Shown in pieces: positions 11,891 through 24,827 of a stretch of 64,000 nucleotides of DNA. Positions within the stretch are counted from its first letter, which is position 1. The number at the start of each line of letters is the position of its first letter. This DNA comes from the human T2T-CHM13v2.0 reference genome, Homo sapiens. Below the pieces are notes generated by a model that saw only the letters and a list, made by a program, of their open reading frames with translations, made no database searches and had not been told where the DNA came from. The translations under genes and the position numbers were made by a program. The stretch lies in NCBI RefSeq assembly GCF_009914755.1, contig NC_060931.1. One strand, given 5' to 3'.

Positions 11891-13389
11891 CAGTGATCTG
11901 AAGTCTTTTCATTGGCCCTCAAGTCTCTGTGGAAGGAAGTTAGGGTCTTGTAAAAGGAAAGATATCAGTCTGAGACTATTAATTTTATGCCTATGGTCAT
12001 TTGGGGAGGCGGGTACATTAGAGGAAATAGGACTAGATCCATGGCCAAAGAGAAAGCTCAAACACAATTTCTTGTGGCATAATCCAAACAAGCGATATTC
12101 GTAAAAACAACTCCATATCTGTGGATATTTTCTTGTTTTTAGATGACCAAATTTGTCTGAAGGAGGCATGAAGCACCATGAAGTAAAAATTCTAACACTT
12201 GGTGTAATTTTGATATCTTTATTAAATGACATTATCCATTAGTGCATGACTGCTGAGCCTACTGTTTACCAGCTTGAGGTGAACTGCAAAACTTATATAT
12301 CTTATTTAAAAATTAAAATGTTGATTCTACAGGGTTATCAAAGAATCTAAGACATGATGATTTCATATTGCAAGTTATGTAAATGGAATTAATTTTGGAA
12401 GACATTTTGTACAATTTAAGTAGCTTATTTCCACATTAATAAATATGATGTGGTGGCTAGGATAAACACCTTGCTTTGGAAGAGCACGTTTATTTTCCAA
12501 AGACAGTGTTAACTTGTGCCCTGTCATAGAGAGTAACAACATATGTGGAACATCTATTCTCTTTATTTCTTTCTTCTTTTTTCTCTCTCTGGAGACTAAC
12601 GTCTTCATTTACCTAAGGTCTCCAGCAATTGGAGGCAATCGTAAGGAAATTGGTAGTCCTCTGATTCTTGTGCTCCATTGTATTCCCCCTTCTTTTTCTG
12701 AGTGTGTGCTTGTTAGGGAGCTTGCAAGGATCTACAGTGGGCAGAAGCTTGTGTTTCATCTGAGAGAGGAGAGTGACAAAAGGGGACTAGGAAAGTCAGG
12801 CGTGACATGTCTATTTGGTGTGATCTGAGTTTCTTCCTGTGTTTTTCACTATGGGCTTCACTCACACCCATGAAACAGTTAACACATGTTCCAACAAAAG
12901 CAAAACCAATGTGAAAAATGTCTCATCAATGCCTTTGTGTGGTGAGCAATGGGAAGTTGGGCAACAACATTTTTTCATGTAGCTGAGAATTAGCAATGAT
13001 TATTTCTTCTTAAAGCAACATCTGCTTAATGACAGCTCTTTTAAACTTCATCAGGAAAAAGTGAGTGAAAAATCCTGTTATAAATACTACAGTGAAAGAT
13101 TCTATTTAGATGTTCACTGTTTCAAAGTCACTAGCTCTGAGCTAATCCTAAGCTTCAGAAGCTTACTGTGCACCCTGACATGCTGACTATTCAAATGGGT
13201 CTCTCTCAAGATGGCTGGGAAAATTGTTCATATACAAAGGAGCTCAGCTTTAGCACCTAGTGGGGCTGAAAGCCAGGTGTGACAAAGGGTGCCTGGGGAG
13301 GCCAGAGAGATAAACTTGACATTTTGCCCATTTTCAACATTGAAATGACTGTTTATAAGTCAATGATGAATGTAATCATAGTCTTAATT

Positions 13390-13575
13390 AGTAATTACTA
13401 ATGTTTATCATTATACACAAATATTAAGTGAAATACTTTCACAAACATTATTTTATATAATTTTCACAACTACCTTCTGAGGTAACTAATATGCCTGTCT
13501 CACAGATGACAAAGTTGAGGCATAGGGAGGCTGAGACAATTATCTGTAGTAGAATTTGCACTCGAATCTAAGATT
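13390..13575 (-). mobile_element. MIR SINE
   Basis: ttttcacaactaccttctgaggtaac...cacagatgacaaagttgaggcatagggagg. Confidence 0.7.
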
Positions 13576-16109
13576 AAAAAAAAAATCTACATGTTCTGCA
13601 CATACAATTCTAGCATTAGCCCCACTAACATATAGGGCCACAGGGGAAAGTAAAATGTTTTAAAATTTTTTAAAGTTTGGTGACTGAAGGAATATTATAT
13701 TTTGGTTTTAGGTAGAATGAGAAGTGTGGGCACAAAAGCATGGAAAGCCTGCTCCTTTTTGAAGAATTATACAAATACATAGTCATATAATGTATAGGAA
13801 TAGGTAACTTTTAAAAATACTTTATATGCGTATGTTCATAATGTATGTATTTATAACCACTATCAATATTAATTTAAATATTCTGTTATAGGTTCAAACT
13901 GAGGGATTAGTATATATTTAAGGCATTTGCCACTCTACACTGAAAGTATAGTCTCTCTCAATAGGCACTTGCTTTTTGGCTCCAATTCATTTTAAGTTTG
14001 AACTTCTGAACCCTTCCATTGGAAGTTTCCATTTATTTTGTCATGGGCTCTTGGGAAATAAATACCTGTAGTATGCTGCTACTAGTCTGATCTTCTCTGC
14101 TTCCCTGACCTTGGATCAATAAAGGAGGGGTCAAAGTAGATGTTCTCCACTTTGCAGAAAAACCTTATTTTAAGTAGAACAATAGAGCTTGGTTTAACCT
14201 GGAATCCAAAAAGAATAGGACTTGAATTACAATTACAGGCAAGTCTTCTAAAAAAATTAATGCATTATGTATAGCATTAAAGAATTATTCTAACCCTTAG
14301 TGATAACAGGCAATCTGGGGCATTACTCATATCTCATTTGTAAATACTTGCTATTTTTCCAGGCTTTGTGTTGGTGACTTTCTGGGTTAATTACTGAAGA
14401 GTCTGTTTTCTTTTCCATAGAGGCCACAACTCTTGTGACAGAGGCTGCCAGCCACAATTTTGCATTTCCTTTCTGCATGTGGAACCTGTCCTGCCTATGA
14501 ATGTTGTCCCAGCCTTTGATTTCAGATTTCTGCTGCATGCGGCCTGGGCTCCACTGCTGTCTGGCACCCTGCTCCCTCTCTCAGATGTGAGGCTGGTGTG
14601 TACAGTATAGACTGACCCTCATTCAACTAGAGACCTTGACATATCTCCTTCACTCTGTAAGGAGTGGAGATGAACAGCCTAATAGTAGAACAAAAGAAGA
14701 AGCTGCACATTGTACCCAAAGGATTTGGGGAAGACTTTTCCACCTCTCTTCCAACCCCCTGGCCCCAGCGAACTTGTAGACTATATGTCACCATGCGTTA
14801 CTTTTCTGGCACCAGTATACTACAGCAAATAACAATTATTTCTGTTCTGATGCTGAATTAGATTCTTAGCTTTAAATCCTCTCACACACAGCAAGTTTGT
14901 AGACCCTACTGAAGATTCTGGCACAATTTCAGTCCTGGTGCAGGCAGCTTCAATAAGACATGGTCCAGGGGACTGAATTGAAGGCATATTTTCTTTTATC
15001 AAGGTTGACTGAAAGAAAGTAGCCACCGGGAGGTTCTGACAACTCAGGAATGGATGACCCTGCCCAGTAGCTCTGGCCCTTGGCGCTCAGCCAGGGCAGA
15101 TGCTAGAGATGAGTCTCACTACAGCTGCAGATGCCAAAGCTCAAGATGCATAATCCTGAGCTTGACAGCTGCCAAACTAGCCCCCTGAGTGTCCAAATGA
15201 GTTGGCTCTTCTGAAGGAGATGACAGGAAGGAACCAGAGGGATTGCTGTGGCTCCTCTCCAAATACAGCATTAAAAGGAAGCCAAGAGAACTTAGCGATT
15301 TTGCCTGTATTGTAAGAAGCGCAAAGAATCATGCGATAATCTTAACCAACTGTTATTTCAGTGGTTGGAAGGGGTTATGAGCTAGATCCCTTATATTTTT
15401 GTAACCCTTTTTGAATTTTAAAACATTCATTAATTCCATCATTTGACAAACATTTATGAAATGTCCACTGCATGACAAATAGTGAGAACACAGAGGTATA
15501 TAAAGGTAAAGGAACTTACCTTAAGGAAGTGACTCTTAATCTTTTTGAACACAGTCTAATTAGAAGGGGACAATACTGTGGCTCATCAACTCTAGCCTTT
15601 CCCCTTTTGGTAGGGGATATTTGAGAGGGTGATTATGATGAATTTACTTTAGGATTAGTGGTTCGTATTTGAATCATAGTGCCCAGTCTAGTAATTTAAA
15701 AACTAGAGGCTAAAATGATTTTGATGCAAATACACATTTCTTCATACTATAAAGTTAACCAAGTAGCACAAAGTAAATTAACAACTAGAAAGTTAAATTA
15801 ATAGTATTTCTTACTAACGGTAACAAATACAAACCACCCCCAATTTATTGTACCCATAATAAAGTGTTTTCTCCCAACTGCAAAATTCTATCTGCTTATG
15901 CATGTGTAGAAAAGGAGCGTTTCCATGTTGAACAGAATTGCATGGCAGCCAGACTTCTTAGCAGAAAACCAAATTAGAATTCTAACTACATTCTTAGAAA
16001 CAGTAATTTTCATTTACAAACACTAAATGTTAGAAACTTATGACACACTGGATATATTACTAGCAAGTAATCCTTAGTGGTACAGGAAGATGAGGCTATA
16101 CAGTATCGA

Positions 16110-16411
16110 CCCTCAGTCTCTCTAAGGACCTGGAAAAAGGTGTTCTTTCTGAGTGTGTACAGAGTCAATATGAGAATTACTAAAATAGAAATATGCATGT
16201 GGAAGACATCATAGAAGAAGGAGGGAAAAGTGCCCAACTACCCAAGTAATGAGAGAACGTTACTTGGGACTGGTGGTCTTTGAATGGGGTCGTGAACATG
16301 GAATAGGAATTTTACAGGTGGATGAGGATGCAAAAGGAACAGTCCAGGTGCAGGAAACAGAATATATAGGGATATCACAGAATAGAATGAAGGGATATCA
16401 CAGAATAGAAT
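16110..16411 (-). mobile_element. L2 fragment, apparently interrupted by the MER46C-like element and resuming near 16720-16830
   Basis: ggtctttgaatggg...ggaattttacaggtggatgagg...ccaggtgcaggaaacag. Confidence 0.55.
16368..16411 (+). repeat. Perfect 21-bp direct repeat (agggatatcacagaatagaat) x2, 23-bp period
   Basis: Identical copies at 16368-16388 and 16391-16411. Confidence 0.95.
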
Positions 16412-16718
16412 AGGTTCTCAGTCTCTTACCTGCAATTCTGAATTCCCCACATCTTTAAAAACTGAAGGGTTTTCTTAACTCATGTGGCAACAAAATTGAC
16501 CTTACGTGTTGTGAGGCTACATGTAGTTTCTACTTATCAGCATTAATATTCACATATTTGGTTGCAGAAATATTAAAGTGTTGATTACAATGTATACCAG
16601 TACATCCTGCTGGAGGTTTTACTTAATAGATGCTACATGCATCTATTTCTAAAACCTGAATAATTTTGAATTCCAACACACCTGGCCCTAAGGGCGGCAG
16701 GTGAGGGATTGTATACCT
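16412..16718. mobile_element. TcMar-Tigger MITE, MER46C-like
   Basis: Degenerate terminal inverted repeats aggttctcagtctcttacctg... / ...caggtgagggattgtatacct. Internal gcagaaatattaaagtgttgattaca and aattttgaattccaacacacctggccc. Confidence 0.7.
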
Positions 16719-16909
16719 TTGAGTAGCTACCAACATTGCATTATGGTTTGGGGGAACAAGGAACATTTGGAGATGTGATTAGAGATAGGATGAAAAAGGT
16801 AAGGAGGAGTCATCTGAACCTCTTGAATTCCCTTTGAGCTCTCCACTAAGGCTTTCAAGAGAACCACCTATGTCCTATGGTTTGTCAGACTTGCCTGCGT
16901 CTTGCTCCA

Positions 16910-17320
16910 TGCATTCGTTTTCTAGGGCTGCCGTAAAAAAGTAGCACAAACTTGGAGGCCTAAACAACAGAAACGTATTGTCTCTCAGTTCTGGAGACTA
17001 CAAGTCTGAAATCAAGATGTTGGCAAGGTTGGTTCTTTCTCAGGGCTATGAGGGAAGGATCTGCTCCAGGCCTCTCTCCTTGGCTTGTAGAGGACCATCT
17101 TCTCCCTGTTTCTCTTCACTTTGTTTTCTCTCTGTGCATCTCTCTGTGTCCCAATTGTTCCTTTTTATAAAGACATAACAGATTGGGGTCTATCCTAATC
17201 ATCTCATCTTTGCTAATTACTTCTGAAAAGACTCTGTTTCCAAATAAAGTTACATTCTAAGGTACTGAAAGTTAGAACTTCAACACAAGAATTTTGGAGG
17301 TACAAATTTAATCCATAACT
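16910..17320 (-). mobile_element. MLT1B-like MaLR solo LTR
   Basis: tctagggctgccgtaaaaaagtagcacaaacttgg...cagttctggagactacaagtctgaaatcaagatgttggcaagg...tttccaaataaagttacattct...atccataac. Confidence 0.85.
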
Positions 17321-18149
17321 TACCACATCTTGCCTGCCTTCAATACATTCTGCTTTTTATATTAGTAGGCTGAAGCTATAAGTGTTGCTTCTCCTTCATA
17401 GACTCTCTCTCTCCGACATTTTTAAAGCCTTATTATTTGGGAAACGTACAAGTTATTTTTCTCATTTAAAAAATCCTCACTTCTAAGGATGATTCAGAGA
17501 GGTTCAGTGACATCCTTGAAGTTGCACAGCGAATAGCAGACTTGGGAATCAGTCTCAAGTGTTTCTACTACTATGGACAAGCATTTGGCTTTTGCCCAAT
17601 GCATTGGAAAATGGTTAAAACAAAAAGAAGAGTCCATTCCCTGATGCTACCTCAGGATGGTAGATAAAACTTCATATCCCCCATGTGCTGTGTGTGTCAT
17701 GATTGTGGACTTATGAAAGTTATAGGGTCTATGTTCCAAGTGGGTAGATCCCATCATCTCATTGGTCTTTTAGACTCTTAGCTTGTGAGATAATGTAAGT
17801 TCTGTTCATCTCTCTGATCCAAACAGACACTGTGCAAGACTGCATATTAATTTTTTAAATTGCATGCTATTCTTTTTCACCAAGCGGATGTCCATCTCCA
17901 CTCCACTTCCTGCCCCTCCACTCACCTCCCCTTGCTACAAGTCAGTAGTTCAGTTGAGATGATTTAACCCAGATTACACACTCTAAAGGAAATTTACTTT
18001 ACTGTCTTAGTTTCCAAATGTTTTACGGTCAGTTTAATTCATATGGGCCATATGTCTTCTGTCCCACACAGAGGCAGCTGCATACTTAGTGCCTTTTCTC
18101 CCTTCCCAAAGAACATTAGAATAAACAGAGCGTTGCAGAAAGTGATGCC

Positions 18150-18170
18150 TGTGTGTATGTGTGTGTGTGT
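18150..18170 (+). repeat. (TG)n microsatellite, interrupted
   Basis: tgtgtgtatgtgtgtgtgtgt. Confidence 0.8.
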
Positions 18171-18899
18171 AAGAGTGCACACATGCAAGAGATAGTGAGA
18201 CTAAGAAAGAGAGATTATAGTTTACAAAATGCCTTCCAGCTAAAATGACCTTTTAAAGGAATTTCTAATCTAGCTGGGCTGAAAATGTTTCCCATGGGGG
18301 ATGATTGTAAGTGAGGCAAGAAGTCTGCATTTCTGGGCAGATGTGTGTCTAGGTGGGAGGTGGGATAAATTAGAGAACAGTTCTGCAGCATGTCCACCAG
18401 TCTGTGTGATTTTGCTTCATCATCACCAATTAATATTTATTGAGGGATAGATCATGGGACACATGGTACTGTATGCTGCTCCAAAGGCTAATATTTTATC
18501 TCCTGCCATGGATTCCTGGAGAGCTGCTACATTTCACAGCTAAATTGTGGATACTTGAACAGTTGGTTAAAGGGATTCATTCATGTGTTGTTTATAAAAA
18601 TGCTTCACATTCTTTGGAATCAAGAAAAGCTTTTATGAATCAGTATAATTTTAGCTGATTATCACAGAGAGGAAGAGAAATGTATATATTGCACCAAAAT
18701 AGTTTGCTTTAAGAATAGATTAATAACACAACTCATGAATTCCACATTACTTTTTACCATGGTGTTCTAAAGGGCTGTAAATAAGACCTAATGCATAAAT
18801 TTGGAATCATTGTTGAGAAACGTTTTTATTGCAGGTGTTATCATTTTCCTCATTCAACAATTGGTAGGCCTGAGCGTTTTAATCACGTCTGTAAACTCA

Positions 18900-19320
18900 C
18901 ATGTGGAACATGAATCTGATCACATCAGCCCTCTGAGCCAAAGCAAATTGAATTAAATACTAATTTTTCTTCTGTATGGCCCATGGGTTACTCATTACTC
19001 TGCTATCTTACCTAACTCTAAATCTTCCCTTCTTCTGTTCTTACCACCTCATGTTCCCGCAGCCTCTCACACACTCATGCATACCTATCTGGTGTGCATG
19101 CACCAACTTCTGTCTTAGTCATATATTTTTCTGCCACCAAACCTTCGATTTGATTGTTTACTCATCTGTAACACCATAGGCTATTATTCAAATCCTGCTT
19201 GCTTAAGTCTTGGACATCTTTAAGGAGCTATTCAAATATCACCAGTTATCAAGACCATTTTTTGATGTCCTTTCCTTTCCATCATTAGTAACCTCTCTAT
19301 TTTTACCTCTTTAGCCATTA
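18900..19320 (+). mobile_element. L2 LINE 3' region
   Basis: aatctgatcacatcagccctctg...ttcaaatatcacc; pyrimidine-rich, diverged. Confidence 0.5.
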
Positions 19321-20129
19321 CTCATCAGTTGGATCGTCTACTATATCTCTTTCCTCCTGCCTCCGCAATTTCTCATGCTTTATCTACTTGGGATTTGCTT
19401 ATTAGTTGCTGAATATTTCATGTTACTGGCTGGGTGCTCTCGTACCTTAAGGCAATAGAATCATCAATCAATAAGAAACCAGTTACTCAGAATATTTGTT
19501 TCGTTGTCTACTGTGAAGTAATAAACACAAAGAGCATTACAGTGAGCATCAAATGATGATTTAATACTGTTGTTGCTGATTAGGAATTAAATTGTTTTGT
19601 ATGAAATGTCATTTGAAAGTCTTCAGATATCACCTGGTGCTCAAGGATATCTTGATCCTGCTGGGGTTTCCATTAAGTTGATCAATAAAAGTGATGGTTT
19701 TGTCCTCGAGGAACATACTTGCCCAAGGCCAACAGCAGAATGGGGGAATTGCTTCATCTAAGTTATTCTTGCCTTTATTATATACTTTCAGTTATTAAGA
19801 GGAGGTAGAACTCTGGAGCCTTTTGAGTTTAGAACTTTAGTGAGAAGTGGAGAGGGAGAGAAAAAGAATGAATCTCTTGTTACTTATTCCCACTCAAACA
19901 GGTTTGCAAAGCTGTTTATTAACAACAAAATCATGAACGACTATAGAGAGAGCCAATGCCCAGGGTGCAGAAGGTGGATGGAAAGAAAGAGGGCAGATCT
20001 TTTCCCTTCATGATGTGTGGTCTGGCCATCTTAGGGGCTTCTGTTTTTGTTTTGTCCTTTAGGGTTTAATTAGATAGGATTCATCATTGAACATCTAAGA
20101 AAGCATGTATAAGTCAATAAATTATAAAC

Positions 20130-20660
20130 AAACATTAATCAATGGATTGATCCAATCCACAAATGTACTGAGCACCTACTATGTTCCAGGCATAATAAAG
20201 CACCAAGAACACAACAGTAAAGAAGATAGATGTAGCATTTGCCTTTGCTGAGCTAGCAAACTAGTGTGCATAGTAGTGACTCAGCAGTGAGCAACAGCGG
20301 CGGGTGACTAGGCTGTTACAGGGGAAGGACAGGGTGTTGCGGGGCCACAGAGAGGTACCTCACCCAGATTTGGAGGCTCAGAGGTAGAGTTGTCTAGAAA
20401 TTGGGACTAAAGGGTAAATAGCATTTAACTGATCAGAGTGAGGAGAAGAGGATTGTAGGCATGTGGAGGACATATGTGGAGGACTGGGATGAAAGAACAT
20501 GGAGTGTATGACTGTTGACATGGCTGAAGCATAGAAGCTGGGGGCACAGTTCGGTGCTGTCAGATGTAAATTTTGTTTCTGGGGGAGCCCATCTCCTAGG
20601 TAGGGGAGTAAGAAGTGGAGTCTGGAGTGATCCTTGCACATCAGTGTTTGGTTATGTTGC
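20130..20660 (-). mobile_element. L2 LINE 3' end
   Basis: aaatgtactgagcacctactatgttccaggca...acaacagtaaagaagatagat...cctttgctgagctagc. ORF 20378-20878 is incidental. Confidence 0.75.
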
Positions 20661-21610
20661 TTAAGATCTGACTCTGAGTTTGAAGCAGACAGATACACAA
20701 GGACTGAAGGGATATTTCTCTTTAAAGAGAACATACGGCACTGGATTACTGAGCCCTCCCAGAAGAGATCTCTCCTCATATTTGTGCCTGGGCTTCTGTT
20801 TACAGAAATGGTGGAGCGGAGGTCAGGGAAGTGGGGAGAGGAACAACATTGATTTTTCTTATACTCTACTTGGGACATTTACAGAGGCAGTTCCTGGCAA
20901 TTCTTTGAGATAATGTAACATAATGCACTGGGAGAGAGCTAGGGAGATAATCCCTGACATCTCTGAAGAACCGTTAGGAGTGAACAGAGTTGCCTGGGAC
21001 CATGTTTTGGTGAACAGAATTGTTTTTGAAATTGAGTTTCACATAAGCTTGATGTCCTGAAGCAGTTTCTTTCCACCACTGCAATATTCATCAAACATGC
21101 AGATAAAAGGTAGACAGGAAAAGCAAATTCTTAGGTGCTGAATTTTAGTAGCTATATTTGTGAAACTTTGTAGGCCTGAGGTATGCCTTCATCTAAATTA
21201 TGACAGTACTTTGTACATAGTAAGTGTAAAAAAATATTATTAGATTGAAGTTAACATTTGAATATATTACTAAAGGGTACAGGTCAATATGAAATTCAAG
21301 GAAAAACCCAGACTTATTTTCTTCCATATTAAGAACGATTTGTTTACTTCTTTTGCATTATTCCTACCTGGTACTGATCAGGGGCCTGGGTATGTAATAT
21401 TTGTTGAAACATGGAAGGAGTGTAGTCCCAAATAAGAGTAGCATAAATGTCTTCATCATCAACAACATAGTTATTATGTCTCACATTTTCAAGGTATTTT
21501 ATTATATACCTAACACATAAAATTATTAAAAAAGAAAATATTGATGGCAAAAACAGAAGAATATATAAAGCATACATTTATTTCCTAGCTCCAAGTAGCT
21601 TTCCGTCCCC

Positions 21611-21891
21611 TTGTTTATAGAGGCAGGTCTTGCTGTGTTATGCAGGCTGGGTTGGAGTGATGCAATCTCACTGTAACCTCGAACTCCTGGGTTCAAGTGA
21701 TCCTTTTGCCTCAGCTCCCCAAGTAGCTGGGACTGCAGGTACAGGACACCACACTCAGCTAATTAAAAAAAAATTGTAGAGATGAGGTCTTCCTATGTCT
21801 CCCCAGGTGGCCTCAAACTCCTGGCCTCAAGCAATCCTCCTGCCTCAGCCTCCCAAGTAGCTGGGATTATAGGCGTGAACCACTGCACCCA
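21611..21891 (-). mobile_element. AluJ (AluJr/Jr4-like), strongly diverged, poly(A) tail decayed
   Basis: Two antisense Alu arms with an A-rich linker. Flanking near-direct repeat aagtagct(c)ttc at about 21593-21603 and 21891-21903. Confidence 0.9.
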
Positions 21892-21908
21892 AGTAGCTCT
21901 TTCTAATC

Positions 21909-22162
21909 CATGGGTTTTGGAGCCACATAAGCTTGTGCTTAAACCTAACAGTTTCCACTGTTGAAGTAATATAGGGGCAAGTTCTTAAATTCTTTATATC
22001 TCCTTCCCCAGCTTCCCCCATCCCCTGTTCATTTTTTTTTTCTCCCCAAAGGCTGGAGATAGTGCATGCTGATTTTGTAGTTTTGTGAAGCTATGAGGAG
22101 ATTGTATCTTTATGTAAAGCATGTAGCAGAGTGCTTGGCATGGGTAGGCCATTGTTATTTGT
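21909..22162 (+). mobile_element. MIR SINE
   Basis: catgggttttggagccac...ggggcaagttcttaaa...atgtaaagcatgtagcagagtgcttggcatgggtagg. Confidence 0.7.
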
Positions 22163-22916
22163 CTCCTCAACTTTCCATTACCCTTTCCTTTGTTCTGAAG
22201 AATCAAGCTTCTGAGCAGTATGGCTAAGCCTCATTAGTATTATCTCATTTATTCTGAATTTGTTATTTTGCCAAGAATAGACAATATATTTTGTATACTC
22301 TATAAGGGAAGATTTCCTTAAATAAATGAATGGTGTAAAAAATTATAAAAAAGGTATTACATTTACTCAAAAAACACCTTTAGAAAGTGTGAGGCAAATG
22401 ACACAAACATTAATTAAAGTTGCCCCTTCCTATGTAGACAGTCCCTAAAAGAACTGAGTAATATATATTCTGCAATTCACTTGTTTAAATTCAGGATAGC
22501 TTAGCCATGTTGTTTGATTTAGTAAAATTTCCTACAGTGTTTCCCAACATTAAAAATGCTATTTTGTTTTCAGCAATGAACACATTTAAACTGAAGATAC
22601 ACTTAAACTAAGGGATTCCAAGGAAATAAAAGGACTAGGTTATACAAGGAAAGAGTTCTAATATGGAATAAGCATTTTCATTGCTTTTTTTGCTGTGAAA
22701 TTGAATTGTCAGTTTTCCTATCTTCATAAATTGCAAAACAGCATTCATTTCCTTGTGCCTTCTTCTCTCTCTCCCTCACCGCTCCTTATGTTTTTACCTT
22801 TCCGTATGCGTGTGCATTACTTGAAAGCCATGCATGGGCTGAAGGATGTTGCAGTAGAGAAAAATAAGAAGGCAAACAAAAGCTTATTGAATTCACTGTT
22901 TGTTAACAAGAAAAAA

Positions 22917-22976
22917 ATATATATACACATACATATATTTATACACATGTATACGTACAAATACATGTATATGTAG
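22917..22976 (+). repeat. (TA/CA)-rich alternating purine-pyrimidine simple repeat
   Basis: atatatatacacatacatatatttatacacatgtatacgtacaaatacatgtatatgt. Confidence 0.75.
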
Positions 22977-24406
22977 GTGGACATGTACTTGCATAGACAT
23001 TAATGTATCATTTGAAATGAGAAAGTTCATTGATGAAAACCTATCATCTTAAAAATCTCACTGCCACAGTAGCTACAGATAAATTTCTAGTGTTTTTCAC
23101 TATCTCCATCATAATGTTTATAAAAAATTATTTATATAAAGATGATGCATAATATATATATTTTCATTATACAAAAAGAATGGGGTTATAAACCCCAAAT
23201 TCAAAAATGAGAAATACGGATTGAAAAAAACTCCTTGATCATGTGTCACGAGAATCTGGAATAATCTTCCAATCTTTCATGCTGACCTGGATTAGGCACT
23301 CAGAAAATCCATTGCCGCTATCCATCCTCTCCTGCCAGTAGTAGCTAGACAACCCAAATATAAGGTTTTTTTGCAAGTCACTGTCTGACTTTTTCAGACA
23401 ATTCAACAACTTCTTTTTAAGGGGAAAAGCAGCAGCATTTGTTTTCCTTCAAAGCATTCTTGTTCTATGATTGAGATGACATGGTTTTTGGACTGCTCCC
23501 TGCAGGAGGAGAAGCCAGACGGAAGGTGGCTTTCTCTCAGCTCTGGCAATTATAGCAAAGTCATAAAACCCCAGGTAAATGGGAACTCTTTAAACATTTG
23601 CAGATATAAGTCCGACACGGTAGGAAAGTGACCCAAAGGGAAGTGCTTATTGATCCTTTTCCCCCCAAAGCTGTCAGTGACGAATGAACATCATCTAATT
23701 TAATAGGAACAGCTCTAAGCCTGCAACCTTGCAGGTATTCTCCCTGGTTTTTCTTGTGTGACTGTTTGACCATGCCCAAGAAACTTAACCTTTTCAGTGT
23801 CACTCTCCCCATCTGTTAATGGGGATAACAGTGTTTCAGTTCTGAGCCTTCTTATCTAAGGTAGCTCAGGAGAAATATGCTGTTGAGTTGCATTGTATCA
23901 TAAACATATTTCATGCCGGGTTTTGTCACTTCTTTTTCTCTTTGGTAAGGCCTTGTCCATCACTGCAGAATTCATTCTGTCCTTATAAAGCAGTGAAGGG
24001 GGACATTTCAAAGTTGTGGCATTCACATGTAGTTGATTGAGACAGACACAAGAAATTCTGACATCCCTGCCAAATTCATTTGTCTTGTAAGCTGCACTTT
24101 TTCTGCAGCTAGATGTTGGAGCAAAGAGCTATGGAAGAGACATAACTTGATCAGATGATGTTTTCTCTGTCAGTTTTCAGATTAAATCCATCAATAAATA
24201 CTTCCTAGGGTGATTCTAGTATATATGAGGTGTAGTTCTAGAAACTCAAGCAGAATCCTGAAGATGGATATGATGAATGTTCTGCACTTAAAGACTCTAG
24301 AGTGCTCAGACAAGTTAGAGCCACTACCAAACAATCAAAGTGCAGTTTAAACCTGCTTGGCATCACTGATGTCCCAGTCCATTTGGGAAATATGATGTAC
24401 ACTCAC

Positions 24407-24827
24407 TGTGATAGAGAGTGCCAGGGCTCATCTACATCCAGTTTTCCTATTCTCTTGGAACATTTGCCAGTGCTATAGTTCCCAGCCCCCTTGCTGTTAG
24501 GTGGAACTGTGTGATGAATTCTAGCCAATTGCATAGTAGTGGGTGGGATGTATGTCACTTCTGGGCCAAGGTATTGAATTGCTGAGAAAGCTACCTCCAA
24601 GCTTGCTTTATCTTTCCCCACCATGGTATCCTTGAAGGCCAGGTGTTGAGATGGCAGCATTGCCAGATGGAGGGAGCTGGGATCTCTAGTTGTTGAATGA
24701 TGGAGAGACCCTAATAATCCCCACTGGACTTTATGTGAGTGAGAAATACACTTTTGAAGGGGTTCGCAATTGAGATATAGGAGTTTTTAGACATCATTGC
24801 ATAGTCTGGCCTATTTTGACTGATTGA
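24407..24827 (+). mobile_element. Old MaLR solo LTR (MLT1I/MLT1J-like)
   Basis: ttcccagcccccttgctgttaggtgg...tatgtcacttctgggcc...gttgagatggcagc...ggactttatgtgagtgagaaatacac...cctattttgactgat. Confidence 0.8.

Noticed and set aside
20378-20878. 166-aa ORF, the longest non-L1 ORF
   Set aside because: Largely overlaps decayed L2 3' sequence, has no recognisable domain, and is within chance expectation.
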